Part shown: positions 22,000-30,999 of the stretch, piece after piece | Numbering within the stretch: the stretch's first letter is position 1 | Layout: the number at the start of each line of letters is the position of its first letter | Source: Deltaproteobacteria bacterium | GTDB taxonomy: Bacteria; Myxococcota; Kuafuiibacteriia; Kuafuiibacteriales; Kuafuiibacteriaceae | Direction of reading: 5' to 3' | Assembly (NCBI GenBank): GCA_040218735.1 | Contig: JAVJQW010000022.1 | Coordinates: 1 to 64,000 of the forward strand | DNA length: 64,000 bases | Position numbers and translations under genes: made by a program | The notes under the pieces: model-generated | Told to the model about the DNA's origin: nothing | Seen by the model: only the letters and a program-made list of their open reading frames with translations | Databases searched by the model: none

Positions 22000-22952
22000 G
22001 TCGGGTTCTGCGCGCGATAGACCGACGGCGCGAGACCGAACCGCCCCTCGAACGCCGTGCGGAACGCGGCCTGAGACGAAAAGCCCACCGAAGCGGCGAC
22101 CTGTTTTACGCGCTCCCCCTCTTCGAGGAGTCGACGCGCCTCCTCCATCTTCGCGCGCTCGACCCACCGTGACGGCGTCACGCCCACGGCGGCCTTGAAG
22201 CGCCGGTGGAAGGTCCGCTCGGACATGTGCACGCGCTCCGCGAGCGCGCCGACGGTGATGCGGTCGGACAGGTGCGCGTCGATCCACGCGATGAGATCGG
22301 AGAAGTCACCGCCCTTGGCCTTCTGCGCCTCCAACGAAGCGGAGAACTGCGACTGGTGTCCGGGCCGGTGCACCGAGACCACGAGGAGCCGCGCGACGCG
22401 CTTGGTCAGCTCGGCGCCGTGGTCCGCTTCCACCATCGCGAGGGCCATGTCGATGCCGGTGGTGACGCCGGCCGAGGTCCACACGCGACCGTCGCGCACG
22501 TAGAGCGCCTCGGGGTCGACGGAGAGGTTCGGGTACAGCTGCGCGAGGCGGTCGCAGCCGCCCCAGTGCGTCGCGGCGCGCCGGCCGTCGAGGAGGTTCG
22601 CCGCCGCGAGGATGAATGTCCCGCTGCACACCGACCCGAAGCGCTCCGCGCGTTGGGCCGAGGCCTCGAGCCAGCGAAGCGTGGCAACGTCGGCGGCCAT
22701 CTTCACCAGCGCGGGCTCGGGGCCGCCCACGACCAAGAGCGTGTCGCGCGCACCGACGCGCACGCTGCGCAGCGAACCGGATCCCACGGTGACGCGGGAG
22801 GTCGACATCACCTCTCCCCCGTTCGGCGAGACGACGACGACACGATAGGCGTCGCCGAGCTCGTGCGTGGCGCCGCCGAAGACCGACGCCGGTCCCGAGA
22901 GATCGAGGAGCTCGAAGCCGTCGTAGACGAGAAGGATCACACGTCGTCGCAC
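21981..22952 (-). CDS. GlxA family transcriptional regulator (DJ-1/PfpI plus AraC HTH)
   Basis: SVCSG, ATHW, WTSAGVTTGIDMAL and AraC segment MSERTFHRRF...FRTAF. Confidence 0.92.
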   Translation of the reverse strand: MRRRVILLVYDGFELLDLSGPASVFGGATHELGDAYRVVVVSPNGGEVMSTSRVTVGSGSLRSVRVGARDTLLVVGGPEPALVKMAADVATLRWLEASAQRAERFGSVCSGTFILAAANLLDGRRAATHWGGCDRLAQLYPNLSVDPEALYVRDGRVWTSAGVTTGIDMALAMVEADHGAELTKRVARLLVVSVHRPGHQSQFSASLEAQKAKGGDFSDLIAWIDAHLSDRITVGALAERVHMSERTFHRRFKAAVGVTPSRWVERAKMEEARRLLEEGERVKQVAASVGFSSQAAFRTAFEGRFGLAPSVYRAQNPTQPSHP

Positions 22953-23065
22953 CGGCAGAATGTCACCCTTTCGACTGAATCCCGCCAGGTGGGCAAACCG
23001 CGTTTGGCAGGATCGCGTCGCTCTCTGTCACGCGCTTCGTGCGTCGTCGAAGCTACGGTGTCACG

Positions 23066-23716
23066 ATGACGAACCTCCACATCGGCTTTTGTCTCTTCCC
23101 TCGCCTGACTCAGCTCGATCTCGCGGGGCCGGCGCAGGTCCTGAGCGTGCTCCCCGGCGCGACGGTCCACTACGCCGCCGCGACGCTGGACCCCGTCCCG
23201 ACCGACGCCGGGTTCGCGATCGTCCCGACGGTCACCTTCGACGACTGTCCGCAGCTCGACGTCGTCTGCGTCCCGGGCGGCCCCGGCCAGGTCGAGGTGA
23301 TGGCCGACGAGGGGGTGCTCGGGTTCCTGCGACGCCAGGGGGAAGGCGCGCGCTACGTGACGTCGGTGTGCACGGGGTCGTTGCTCCTCGCGGCCGCCGG
23401 GTTGCTGGAGGGCAAGCGCGCCACGACGCACTGGGCGTTCCACGAGATGCTCGCGGGCTTCGGCGTTGAGCCGACTTCGGGGCGCGTGGTGCGCGACGGA
23501 CGGTGCGTGACCGGCGGGGGCGTCACGGCGGGGATCGACTTCGGGCTGGCGCTCGCGGCCGAGCTCACCTCCGAGGACGTGGCGCGGACGATTCAGCTCG
23601 CGCTCGAGTACGATCCACAGCCGCCGTTCGCGGCGGGCACGCCGGAGCAGGCGGGCGCCGAGCTGACGACGAAGGTACGCGAGTGGCTCGCGGCGGGGCC
23701 GTTCAGCGGTGCTTGA
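23066..23716 (+). CDS. DJ-1/PfpI family protein (isonitrile hydratase-like)
   Basis: TQLDLAGP, SVCTGS, TGGGVTAGIDF and LEYDPQPPF; divergent from the GlxA regulator. Confidence 0.9.
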   Translation: MTNLHIGFCLFPRLTQLDLAGPAQVLSVLPGATVHYAAATLDPVPTDAGFAIVPTVTFDDCPQLDVVCVPGGPGQVEVMADEGVLGFLRRQGEGARYVTSVCTGSLLLAAAGLLEGKRATTHWAFHEMLAGFGVEPTSGRVVRDGRCVTGGGVTAGIDFGLALAAELTSEDVARTIQLALEYDPQPPFAAGTPEQAGAELTTKVREWLAAGPFSGA

Positions 23717-23728
23717 TCAACGATTCGG

Positions 23729-24382
23729 TCAGCGGCCGTAGTAGCCGCGGATCAGCGCGCGTTGTTGATCTTCGAGGCTGCCGTGCGTGGCGCTGCCGTT
23801 GAAGCCATCGCCGAGGGCGCGGAGCGCGTCGCCGAGATCGTAGCCGCCGCGGCGGAGGAGCTGGCCGCCGATGTACGTCGCGTCGAGCTCCGCCGCGGGG
23901 CCGTGCGCCGAGGTGCCCTGTTCGAACCGCAGGACGTGGCCCATCTCGTGGGCGACGATGCCGGGCAGCGCATAGTCGGGCACGTCCGCGTCGACGACGA
24001 CGTGCTCTCGGCCAGCGGCGTCGCGGAAGGCGAGCGCCTTCGGACCGCCGGGGACGAGGTCGATGTGCACGTCGGCGTCGGCGCCGAGGTAGCCGGCGAA
24101 CTCCGAGACGAGCCGGCGGGAGCGCGCGTGCAGGTCGCCGCTGGGTGCGCGCGACGGCGGGTTCGGAACGCTCGGCGCCCGGCGCACGGTGCCTCCGCCG
24201 GTGTAGGCGTTGCGGGACGCGGCGGCCGGGTGCTCGCCGCGGCCGACGCGCGCGGCGATCTCGGCGTGTACGGCTGCGGGGTGCCGCGGCGCGTGCGGGA
24301 CGCGTCCGTAGGGGCTCATCGGCGGAGCAGCGTGAGGTTGGCGCATTCCGGGGTAGCCGATGCCGGGGCGTGCGGTGGGCAT
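23729..24382 (-). CDS. Hypothetical zincin-like metallopeptidase (HEXXH)
   Basis: IVAHEMGHVL, downstream ELDA and THG.L..R resembling M48-like peptidases; Pro/Arg-rich N-terminus. Confidence 0.6.
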   Translation of the reverse strand: MPTARPGIGYPGMRQPHAAPPMSPYGRVPHAPRHPAAVHAEIAARVGRGEHPAAASRNAYTGGGTVRRAPSVPNPPSRAPSGDLHARSRRLVSEFAGYLGADADVHIDLVPGGPKALAFRDAAGREHVVVDADVPDYALPGIVAHEMGHVLRFEQGTSAHGPAAELDATYIGGQLLRRGGYDLGDALRALGDGFNGSATHGSLEDQQRALIRGYYGR

Positions 24383-24472
24383 GGCTTCGTTTTCGACGCG
24401 ACCCGACGAGGCGTCCTTGAAGACGGCTGAAGACGACTGACGCGGTAGGCGTGCGGGTCGGGTAGGCTCAGT

Positions 24473-25162
24473 GTGATGGTGGCGCTGCGCAGCTTCGACG
24501 GGTTCCCCGACGCGCGCGTCGCGCTCCTGCCGCTGGACGGGATCGAACCGGACCCGAAGCGTCTGCACCCTGGCGAGCGCCCGCTGTTCGAGGCGCTCGA
24601 CGCGACGGACGCGCGGCGGCGTGAGTGGTTCGCGGGGCGCATCGCGGCGCGCGCCGCGCTGACGGAGCTCGGGTACCCCGACGTCGCCACGTCGAGGCGC
24701 GACAACGGCGCGCCCCACCTCGAAGGTGAAGGCGCCGAAGCGCTGCACGTCGCGATCACCCACGGCAAACGTCTGGCCGCCGCGGTGGCGGCGCACGCCT
24801 CGGGCCGCTGGCCCCACGTCGGCATCGACGTCGTGGACGCCGAAGATCTCGACCGCGTCCTGCACGTCGCAAAGCGCGTCCTGACCGACGACGAGCGCAC
24901 GCGCGCCGCCGCCGACCCGATGCACGCGCGCCTCGCCTGGGGGGCACGCGAAGCGATCGCGAAGGCGACGAACACCGGGATGTTCGTCTTCGCCCTCTCC
25001 CAGGTGTGGACCCGCGCCGTGGACACCCAGACCCGGACGATCGCGGTCAACCTGGAGGGCATTCAGGTGGTCTACGCGCCGCTCGACGACGGAGGCGTCC
25101 TGGTGCTCGCAGGGGCCTCGAAGGGGGCCTACGCGGCCGCCCAGGCCGCCGCGCGGACCTGA
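24473..25162 (+). CDS. 4'-phosphopantetheinyl transferase (Sfp/EntD-like)
   Basis: RRREWFAGRIAAR, VAITH, VGIDV and WGAREAIAKA. Confidence 0.85.
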   Translation: MMVALRSFDGFPDARVALLPLDGIEPDPKRLHPGERPLFEALDATDARRREWFAGRIAARAALTELGYPDVATSRRDNGAPHLEGEGAEALHVAITHGKRLAAAVAAHASGRWPHVGIDVVDAEDLDRVLHVAKRVLTDDERTRAAADPMHARLAWGAREAIAKATNTGMFVFALSQVWTRAVDTQTRTIAVNLEGIQVVYAPLDDGGVLVLAGASKGAYAAAQAAART

Positions 25163-25199
25163 GCCTTTTTGCTTTACCGGCTCGGCGCCCGTCTGTAGC

Positions 25200-26684
25200 G
25201 TGCCGTCGAACCCCTCGAAAACCGTGAAAGAATCGCCACCAGACGCCGCGCGCGTGCACTTCGTGACGCTCGGCTGCCCGAAGAACCGGGTCGACTCCGA
25301 GCTGATGCTCGGTCAGCTCCAAGACCGAGCGATGACGTTCACGATGGACGCCGACGAGGCGGACGTCATCGTCGTCAACACCTGCGGCTTCATCGAGGAC
25401 GCCAAAAAGGAGTCGATCGACGTCATCCTCGAAATGGCGCGCCATCGCACCGAGGGCAACGCGAAGAAGCTCATCGTGACGGGCTGCCTCGTGCAGCGCT
25501 ACGCCGACGCGCTCGCCGAAGAGATCCCGGAGATCGACGCGCTCCTCGGCAACGGCGAGTACCAGACGGTGGCGGACGTCGCGGCGGGCGCCGTGGACGA
25601 GCTGCGCGCCGAGGGGCGGCTCGTGCAGGTCGCCGATCCGACGTTCATCCACCAGGCGACCAACCCGCGCGTGAACACCTTCAAGCCGCACAGCGCGTAC
25701 GTGAAGGTGTCCGAGGGCTGCGATCAGAAGTGTACGTTCTGCATCATCCCGGCGCTGCGCGGGCTGCAGCGGAGCCGCGCCGTCGAAGACGTCGTCCGCG
25801 AGGCCGAAGCGCTCGCGGCGCGCGGCGTCGTGGAGCTCAACCTCATCGCGCAGGACCTCACCGGGTACGGGACGGATCTGCCGGGCAAGGTGCGGCTCGC
25901 GGATCTGTGCGAGGCGCTGCAACCGATCGACGGGCTGCAGTGGATTCGCCTGCACTACGCTTACCCGCGGCCGTTCCCCAAGCGCCTGCTCGACGTGATC
26001 GGCACCGGCAAGGTGCTGCCGTACGTCGACATGCCGTTGCAGCACATCAGCGATCCGGTGCTGAAGCGGATGCAGCGGGGGCGCCCGCGGCGGTTCGTCG
26101 AGAAGCTCCTCGACGACCTGTTCGCGAACGTCGCCGACCTCACGCTGCGGAGCTCGTTCATCGTCGGCTTCCCCGGTGAGACCGACGCGGACTTCGCTGA
26201 GCTGTGTGCGTTCGTCGAGGAGACCGACTTCTCTCACGTCGGTGTGTTCAAGTTCTCGCGCGAGGAGGGGACGCCGTCCTACGACCTCGACGATCAGATC
26301 CCGCAGGACGTCATCGACGAACGGCACGACCACCTGATGCAGCTGCTGAAGGAGAAGTCGAACGCGAAGATGGCGACGTTCCTGGACCGGCGCATCGCGG
26401 TGCTCGTCGACGGCGTCTCGGAGGAGACCGAGCTGCTGCTGGCGGGGCGTCACGCGGGGCAGGCGCCGGAGATCGACGGCACGACGTACATCAACGACGG
26501 CCACGCGCGCGCGGGCGACCTCGTGGAGGTCGAGATCACCGAGACGTTCGACTACGACATCGTCGGGCACATCACGAACGTCATCGCTGCGGCGCCGGAG
26601 CGCCCCGACCACGCGCGGCTCGAAGCGCCGATGAACGCACCCGTGACCGCGGGACGACGCGCGCTCCGCGTCATTCAGAGCTGA
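25200..26684 (+). CDS. rimO: Ribosomal protein S12 methylthiotransferase RimO
   Basis: LGCPKNRVDSE, NTCGFI, radical SAM motif CDQKCTFC and QAPEIDG TRAM domain. Confidence 0.95.
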   Translation: MPSNPSKTVKESPPDAARVHFVTLGCPKNRVDSELMLGQLQDRAMTFTMDADEADVIVVNTCGFIEDAKKESIDVILEMARHRTEGNAKKLIVTGCLVQRYADALAEEIPEIDALLGNGEYQTVADVAAGAVDELRAEGRLVQVADPTFIHQATNPRVNTFKPHSAYVKVSEGCDQKCTFCIIPALRGLQRSRAVEDVVREAEALAARGVVELNLIAQDLTGYGTDLPGKVRLADLCEALQPIDGLQWIRLHYAYPRPFPKRLLDVIGTGKVLPYVDMPLQHISDPVLKRMQRGRPRRFVEKLLDDLFANVADLTLRSSFIVGFPGETDADFAELCAFVEETDFSHVGVFKFSREEGTPSYDLDDQIPQDVIDERHDHLMQLLKEKSNAKMATFLDRRIAVLVDGVSEETELLLAGRHAGQAPEIDGTTYINDGHARAGDLVEVEITETFDYDIVGHITNVIAAAPERPDHARLEAPMNAPVTAGRRALRVIQS

Positions 26685-26691
26685 GGCGAGC

Positions 26692-27678
26692 GTGCGGAAG
26701 AAGGGTCTGATCACCTGGCTGGGGATCGCGCTCTCGGTCGCGCTGCTCGCGTGGATCGTCACCAAGTTCGACATGAAGGAGGCGCTCGACGCGCTCGCAC
26801 GTGCGAACCCGGCGTGGCTCGTCGCCGGCGCCGTCGTCTACGCCGGCCTCTTCGCGCTGCGCGGCTGGCGATGGGCGCTGCTCCTGAAGCCGATCAAGAA
26901 GGTGTCGGCGGGGACGGCCGGCGAGGTGTTCGCGATCGGCTTCATGGCGAACAACATCCTCCCCGCGCGCTTGGGTGACGTCGCGCGTGCGTTCGTGCTC
27001 GCGCGGCGCGAAGGGATCACGGCGGCGGGGTCGTTCTCGAGCGTGATGCTCGAACGCATCCTCGACGGCGTCGTGGTCGTGCTGTTCCTGAACGTGGTGC
27101 TATGGGTGGACCCGCCCGCGGCGCCGTGGATCGGGAAGATGTCGTTGATCGCGAGCGCAATCTTCGTCGGCGCGGTGGTGGTCTGCGGACTCATCGCCTG
27201 GAACGAGCGGCCGGTCCTCACGGTCGCGAAGCGGGCGCTGTTCTTTGCGTCCGATTCGCTGAAGCAGAAGGTCTTCGGGCTGATCGTTCGCCTCGCGGAA
27301 GGGCTCCACTCCCTCAAGAGCCTGTCGCGAACGCTGGAAGTCATCGCATTGTCACTTCTCATCTGGACGATCGAAACGTCGGTCTACGTACTCGCAGGAT
27401 ACGCGTATGGCCTCGAAGTTCCGGTGCTGGGGATGGCTTTGGTGATGTCGGTGCTCACGTTGGGGCTGTCCGTTCCGAGCGGCCCCGGGTTCGTGGGTGT
27501 CTTCGAGGGGTTGATCATTCAGGCGGTGGGCCTCTATGGCATCGTCGGACCCGACGCCGTCGCGTACGCGCTCTCGGTGCACATGATTCACTTCGTCCCG
27601 GGCACGCTCCTCGGGCTGGCCTTCTCGTGGCGGAGTGGACTGAAACTTTCCGAGCTCGGGACCGCCGCAGAAGGGTAG
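26692..27678 (+). CDS. Lysylphosphatidylglycerol synthase TM-domain / flippase-like protein
   Basis: RWALLL, NNILPARLGDVAR, ERILD and PGFVGVFE. Confidence 0.85.
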   Translation: MRKKGLITWLGIALSVALLAWIVTKFDMKEALDALARANPAWLVAGAVVYAGLFALRGWRWALLLKPIKKVSAGTAGEVFAIGFMANNILPARLGDVARAFVLARREGITAAGSFSSVMLERILDGVVVVLFLNVVLWVDPPAAPWIGKMSLIASAIFVGAVVVCGLIAWNERPVLTVAKRALFFASDSLKQKVFGLIVRLAEGLHSLKSLSRTLEVIALSLLIWTIETSVYVLAGYAYGLEVPVLGMALVMSVLTLGLSVPSGPGFVGVFEGLIIQAVGLYGIVGPDAVAYALSVHMIHFVPGTLLGLAFSWRSGLKLSELGTAAEG

Positions 27679-27694
27679 AAGAGAAGGAAACACC

Positions 27695-28996
27695 ATGGAT
27701 CTGGCAGTCATTGGAACCGGCTACGTTGGGCTCGTCGCGGGCACCTGCTTCTCCGAGATGGGGCACCGCGTGGTCTGCATCGACAACAACGCGGAGAAGA
27801 TCCGCATCCTCGAGTCCGGCGAGGTCCCGATCTACGAGCCGCGCCTCAAGGAGCTCATCGCGCACAACGTCGAGAAGAAGCGTCTTCGTTTCTCGACGTC
27901 GCTCGCCGAGAGCGTGAAGGGCGCCGAGGTGGTGTTCATCGCGGTCGGCACGCCGCAAGCGGACGACGGGTCGTGTGACGTGTCGGCGGTTCGTGCGGTG
28001 TCGAAGGAGATCGGTAAGGCGATCACGGGCCCGACGATCGTGGTGACGAAGTCGACGGTGCCGGTCGGTACCGCGCCGATGATTCGCCAGATCATCGCGG
28101 AGCAGACGGACATCCCGGTCGACGTGGTGAGCAACCCCGAGTTCATGAAGGAAGGCGCCGCGATCGACGACTTCCTGAAGCCGGACCGCATCGTGGTGGG
28201 TACGGAGAGCGACACGGCGCGCGAGGCGATGACCGATCTTTACGCGCCGTTCAACCGCACCTCGAACCGGATGATCTTCATGGACACGGCGTCGGCGGAG
28301 CTGACGAAGTACGTGTCGAACGCGATGCTCGCGACGCGCATCTCGTTCATGAACGAAATCGCAAACCTCTCCGAGAAGCTCGGCGCGGACGTCGACAAGG
28401 TGCGCGCCGGCGTGGGCAGCGACCCGCGCATCGGCAAGTCGTTCCTCTTCCCCGGCGTGGGCTTCGGCGGGAGCTGCTTCCCGAAGGACGTCTCGGCGCT
28501 GATGAAGATGGGCATCGACCAGGAGATGCCGCTGCAGATCCTCGGCGCGGTGCAGACGGTGAACGCGGCGCAGAAACACGTCATGGTGCACAAGATCGTG
28601 GCGCAGTTCGGGGAGGACCTCTCGGGGCTGACGTTCGGGATGTGGGGCCTCGCGTTCAAGCCACAGACCGACGACATGCGCGAGGCGCCGGCGATTCAGA
28701 TCGCGGAGCAGCTGTTGAAGCGCGGCGCGAAGATCCGGGCGACGGATCCGGAGGCGATGGAGACGGCGAAGAGCATCTTCGAAGACCGCATCGCGCTGAT
28801 CGAGGATCAGTACGAGGTCGCGGACGGCGTGGATGCGCTGCTCATCGTGACCGAGTGGAACGAGTACCGTCGGCCGAACTTCAAGGACCTCAAAGTCCGC
28901 ATGAAGCAGCCGGTGATCTTCGACGGTCGCAACGTGTTCAACCCCGTGCGCATGCGCGAGATGGGTTTCACGTACAGCTGCATCGGCCGCCCGTAG
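27695..28996 (+). CDS. ugd: UDP-glucose/GDP-mannose dehydrogenase
   Basis: GTGYVG, KSTVPVG, SNPEF, GFGGSCFPKD and GLAFKPQTDD. Confidence 0.95.
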   Translation: MDLAVIGTGYVGLVAGTCFSEMGHRVVCIDNNAEKIRILESGEVPIYEPRLKELIAHNVEKKRLRFSTSLAESVKGAEVVFIAVGTPQADDGSCDVSAVRAVSKEIGKAITGPTIVVTKSTVPVGTAPMIRQIIAEQTDIPVDVVSNPEFMKEGAAIDDFLKPDRIVVGTESDTAREAMTDLYAPFNRTSNRMIFMDTASAELTKYVSNAMLATRISFMNEIANLSEKLGADVDKVRAGVGSDPRIGKSFLFPGVGFGGSCFPKDVSALMKMGIDQEMPLQILGAVQTVNAAQKHVMVHKIVAQFGEDLSGLTFGMWGLAFKPQTDDMREAPAIQIAEQLLKRGAKIRATDPEAMETAKSIFEDRIALIEDQYEVADGVDALLIVTEWNEYRRPNFKDLKVRMKQPVIFDGRNVFNPVRMREMGFTYSCIGRP

Positions 28997-28997
28997 C

Positions 28998-29210
28998 ATG
29001 AACGAACGACACGCGCTGGTCCGGCTTCATCGCCTGTTGATCGCGGCGGGGATCGCGCTGTCGATCGTGTTCGGCGTCTACCAAGTCAAACAACTCACCG
29101 CGGGCGCCGACGGCGCGCTGCCTTGGCTCGTCGTCTCGGGCGTCATGGGCGCCGCGCTGACGGCGTACCTGGTGTGGTTCAACAAGAAGATCAAGAAGGA
29201 GAAGTCATGA
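28998..29210 (+). CDS. Small two-TM membrane protein
   Basis: 70 aa with two hydrophobic helices; fills the ugd-SDR gap with an ATGA overlap. Confidence 0.65.
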   Translation: MNERHALVRLHRLLIAAGIALSIVFGVYQVKQLTAGADGALPWLVVSGVMGAALTAYLVWFNKKIKKEKS

Positions 29211-29941
29211 GCGACTCGGTTGCGATCATCACCGGAGCGTCGAGCGGGATCGGCGAAGCCACCGCGCGGGCGCTGGCCTCGAAGGGTTACGCGGTTGCGT
29301 TGGCGGCGCGGCGGGTGGAGCGGCTCGAGGCGCTGAAGGGCGAGATCGAGGCGGCCGGCGGCAAGGCGATCGCGGTGGCGACGGACGTCGCGAAGCGCTC
29401 CGACGTCGAGGCGCTCGCGAAGGCGACGCTCGACGCGTACGGCCGCATCGACGTGTTGGTGAACAACGCGGGCCTGATGCCGCTGTCGTTCATGAAGAAC
29501 CTGCACGTCGACGAGTGGGACCGGATGATCGACGTGAATATCAAGGGCGTCCTGTACGGGATCGCGGCGGTGTTGCCGACGATGATGGCGCAGAAGGGCG
29601 GGCACATCATCAACGTGTCGAGCGTCGCGGGACGTCGCCTGTTCCCGTCGGGCGCGGTGTACTGCGGCACGAAGTTCGCGGTGACGGCGATCTCCGAAGG
29701 CCTGCGCGCTGAGCTCGCGCCGTCGATGGGGATCCGGTGCACGGTGATCGAGCCGGGCGTGGTGCGCACGGAGCTGACGTCGACGATCACCGACGAGGAC
29801 GTGAAGCCGTTCTCCGAGGCGATCCAGAAGATGACGGCGCTCGAGAGCGAGGACATCGCCAACGCGATCGTCTACGCGGCGACGCAGCCCCAGCACGTGA
29901 ACGTGTCCGAGATCCTCGTGCTGCCGACGCAACAGGGCTGA
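29207..29941 (+). CDS. SDR family oxidoreductase
   Basis: TGASSGIG, NNAG and YCGTK. Confidence 0.93.
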   Translation: MSDSVAIITGASSGIGEATARALASKGYAVALAARRVERLEALKGEIEAAGGKAIAVATDVAKRSDVEALAKATLDAYGRIDVLVNNAGLMPLSFMKNLHVDEWDRMIDVNIKGVLYGIAAVLPTMMAQKGGHIINVSSVAGRRLFPSGAVYCGTKFAVTAISEGLRAELAPSMGIRCTVIEPGVVRTELTSTITDEDVKPFSEAIQKMTALESEDIANAIVYAATQPQHVNVSEILVLPTQQG

Positions 29942-30019
29942 CGTCGAAGACGCTTCGAAGAAAAAGATCGAAAAACGCGCTTGATGCTTCGGCGTGGTGA
30001 CCAAGGTTGGTGGACCGTG

Positions 30020-30130
30020 ATGACGGAAGCCCATACGACGAGCCTCACCAAGCGATCGCTGTCGCTACGCAGTCGCTTGTTTCTTTCGTCGCGTTATCTC
30101 GACGCCGACGATCATGGGCTCGTCTCCTGA
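30020..30130 (+). CDS. Putative 36-aa attenuator leader peptide MTEAHTTSLTKRSLSLRSRLFLSSRYLDADDHGLVS
   Basis: ATG 30020 to TGA 30130, translated by hand. Rich in Leu/Ser/Arg/Phe/Tyr/His codons matching the downstream tRNAs, and immediately followed by alternative hairpins and a terminator. Confidence 0.7.
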   Translation: MTEAHTTSLTKRSLSLRSRLFLSSRYLDADDHGLVS

Positions 30131-30170
30131 GTTTCACGCCTCTTCGAGGACGTGAAATGAGGCCGGGCCC
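30037..30170 (+). promoter_or_regulatory. Attenuator helices: protector (30037-30044 with 30117-30124) and antiterminator (30116-30126 with 30159-30170)
   Basis: GACGAGCC/GGCTCGTC is a perfect 8-bp complement. GGGCUCGUCUC pairs with GAGGCCGGGCCC (G-U pairs, one bulge), enclosing the hairpin TTTCACGCCTC-TTC-GAGGACGTGAAA. Confidence 0.65.
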
Positions 30171-30197
30171 TTCGCGGGGACCCGGCCTTTTTCGTTT
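30160..30197 (+). terminator. Intrinsic terminator upstream of the tRNA array
   Basis: AGGCCGGG-CCC-TTCGC-GGG-GA-CCCGGCCT followed by TTTTCGTTT. Confidence 0.85.
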
Positions 30198-30234
30198 CGG
30201 GTTCCACTGAAGCGAACACCACACAACAAGAGCC

Positions 30235-30320
30235 GGAGGAGACGCCGGATGGGTACGGCAATCGCACTGTAAATGCGGTGTGCTGCGCGCACGCTGGGGG
30301 TTCGACTCCCTCCTCCTCCA
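30235..30320 (+). tRNA. tRNA-Tyr(GTA)
   Basis: Acceptor GGAGGAG/CTCCTCC region ending TCCTCCA, anticodon arm TCGCA-CTGTAAA-TGCGG, long variable arm and GGTTCGACTCC T arm. Confidence 0.85.
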
Positions 30321-30456
30321 TGTACGGCCCGTTGGGCCGTAGGGCCGAGTCTCTCCAACACCGCATCGCAGGATGCGTGGGGCGGAAGCACGCCCGTTTG
30401 AAAACCGAAGACGAAGTTCGTTTCGTTGCCGCCCCTAACCCTTTTGGCGGCACGAC

Positions 30457-30531
30457 GACGCGCAAAGGCGAAGAGGTCGAGCCGCCAACCTGTGGAGTTG
30501 GTGCGAACCGGTTCGAGTCCGGTTGTGCGTC
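30457..30531 (+). tRNA. tRNA-His(GTG)
   Basis: G-1 plus ACGCGCA/TGTGCGT-C73, anticodon arm CCAAC-CTGTGGA-GTTGG and T arm ACCGG-TTCGAGT-CCGGT. Confidence 0.85.
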
Positions 30532-30544
30532 CTACCCACGAAAC

Positions 30545-30618
30545 GCTCCGGTAGCTCAGTCGGTAGAGCGGCGGTCTGAAGCACCGCGACGTCGGCGGTT
30601 CGATTCCGTCCCGGAGCA
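30545..30618 (+). tRNA. tRNA-Phe(GAA)
   Basis: GCTCCGG/CCGGAGC acceptor, TAGCTCAGTCGGTAGAGC D arm, GCGGT-CTGAAGC-ACCGC and GGTTCGATTCC. Confidence 0.9.
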
Positions 30619-30635
30619 TCACGAACGAACGCCAC

Positions 30636-30709
30636 ACTGGTGTGGTCCAACGGAGAAAGACGCTTCCGTGCGAAGGAAGAGATTGGAGGTTCGACTCCTC
30701 CCACCGGTA
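30636..30709 (+). tRNA. tRNA-Arg(GCG), unusual anticodon
   Basis: ACTGGTG/CACCGGT acceptor, CTTCC-GTGCGAA-GGAAG anticodon arm and GGAGG-TTCGACT-CCTCC T arm. Confidence 0.8.
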
Positions 30710-30716
30710 TCGACAC

Positions 30717-30791
30717 GCCTCGGTAGGCAAACAGGTAGAGCCGCTCGCCTCAAAAGCGAGAACCTTGCCGGTTCGACTCCGGCCCGGGGCA
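30717..30791 (+). tRNA. tRNA-Leu(CAA) with short variable region
   Basis: GCCTCGG/CCGGGGC-A, GGCAAACAGGTAGAGCC D arm, CTCGC-CTCAAAA-GCGAG and GCCGG-TTCGACT-CCGGC. Confidence 0.82.
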
Positions 30792-30891
30792 TGACGAGCG
30801 CCGCTCCGCGACAATCGACATGTCCCGGACGGCTCGGCCGGCGCGACACGTCGCTGGGAGCGACTCCGGCCCGGGGCATCGCTCGACCACC

Positions 30892-30967
30892 GCCTCGGTG
30901 GGCAATCAGGTAAAGCCGCTCGCTTCAGAAGCGAGAGATTCTGCGGGTTCGACTCCCGCCCGAGGCA
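30892..30967 (+). tRNA. tRNA-Leu(CAG) with short variable region
   Basis: GCCTCGG/CCGAGGC-A, CTCGC-TTCAGAA-GCGAG and GCGGG-TTCGACT-CCCGC. Confidence 0.82.
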
Positions 30968-30999
30968 TTCGCTCGACGACGACGAAACGCAACACCACC

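Noticed and set aside
29960-30010. Sigma70 promoter for the leader (A-tracts, TTGATG at 29981)
   Set aside because: The -35 and UP-like elements are plausible, but there is no convincing -10, so it is not called.
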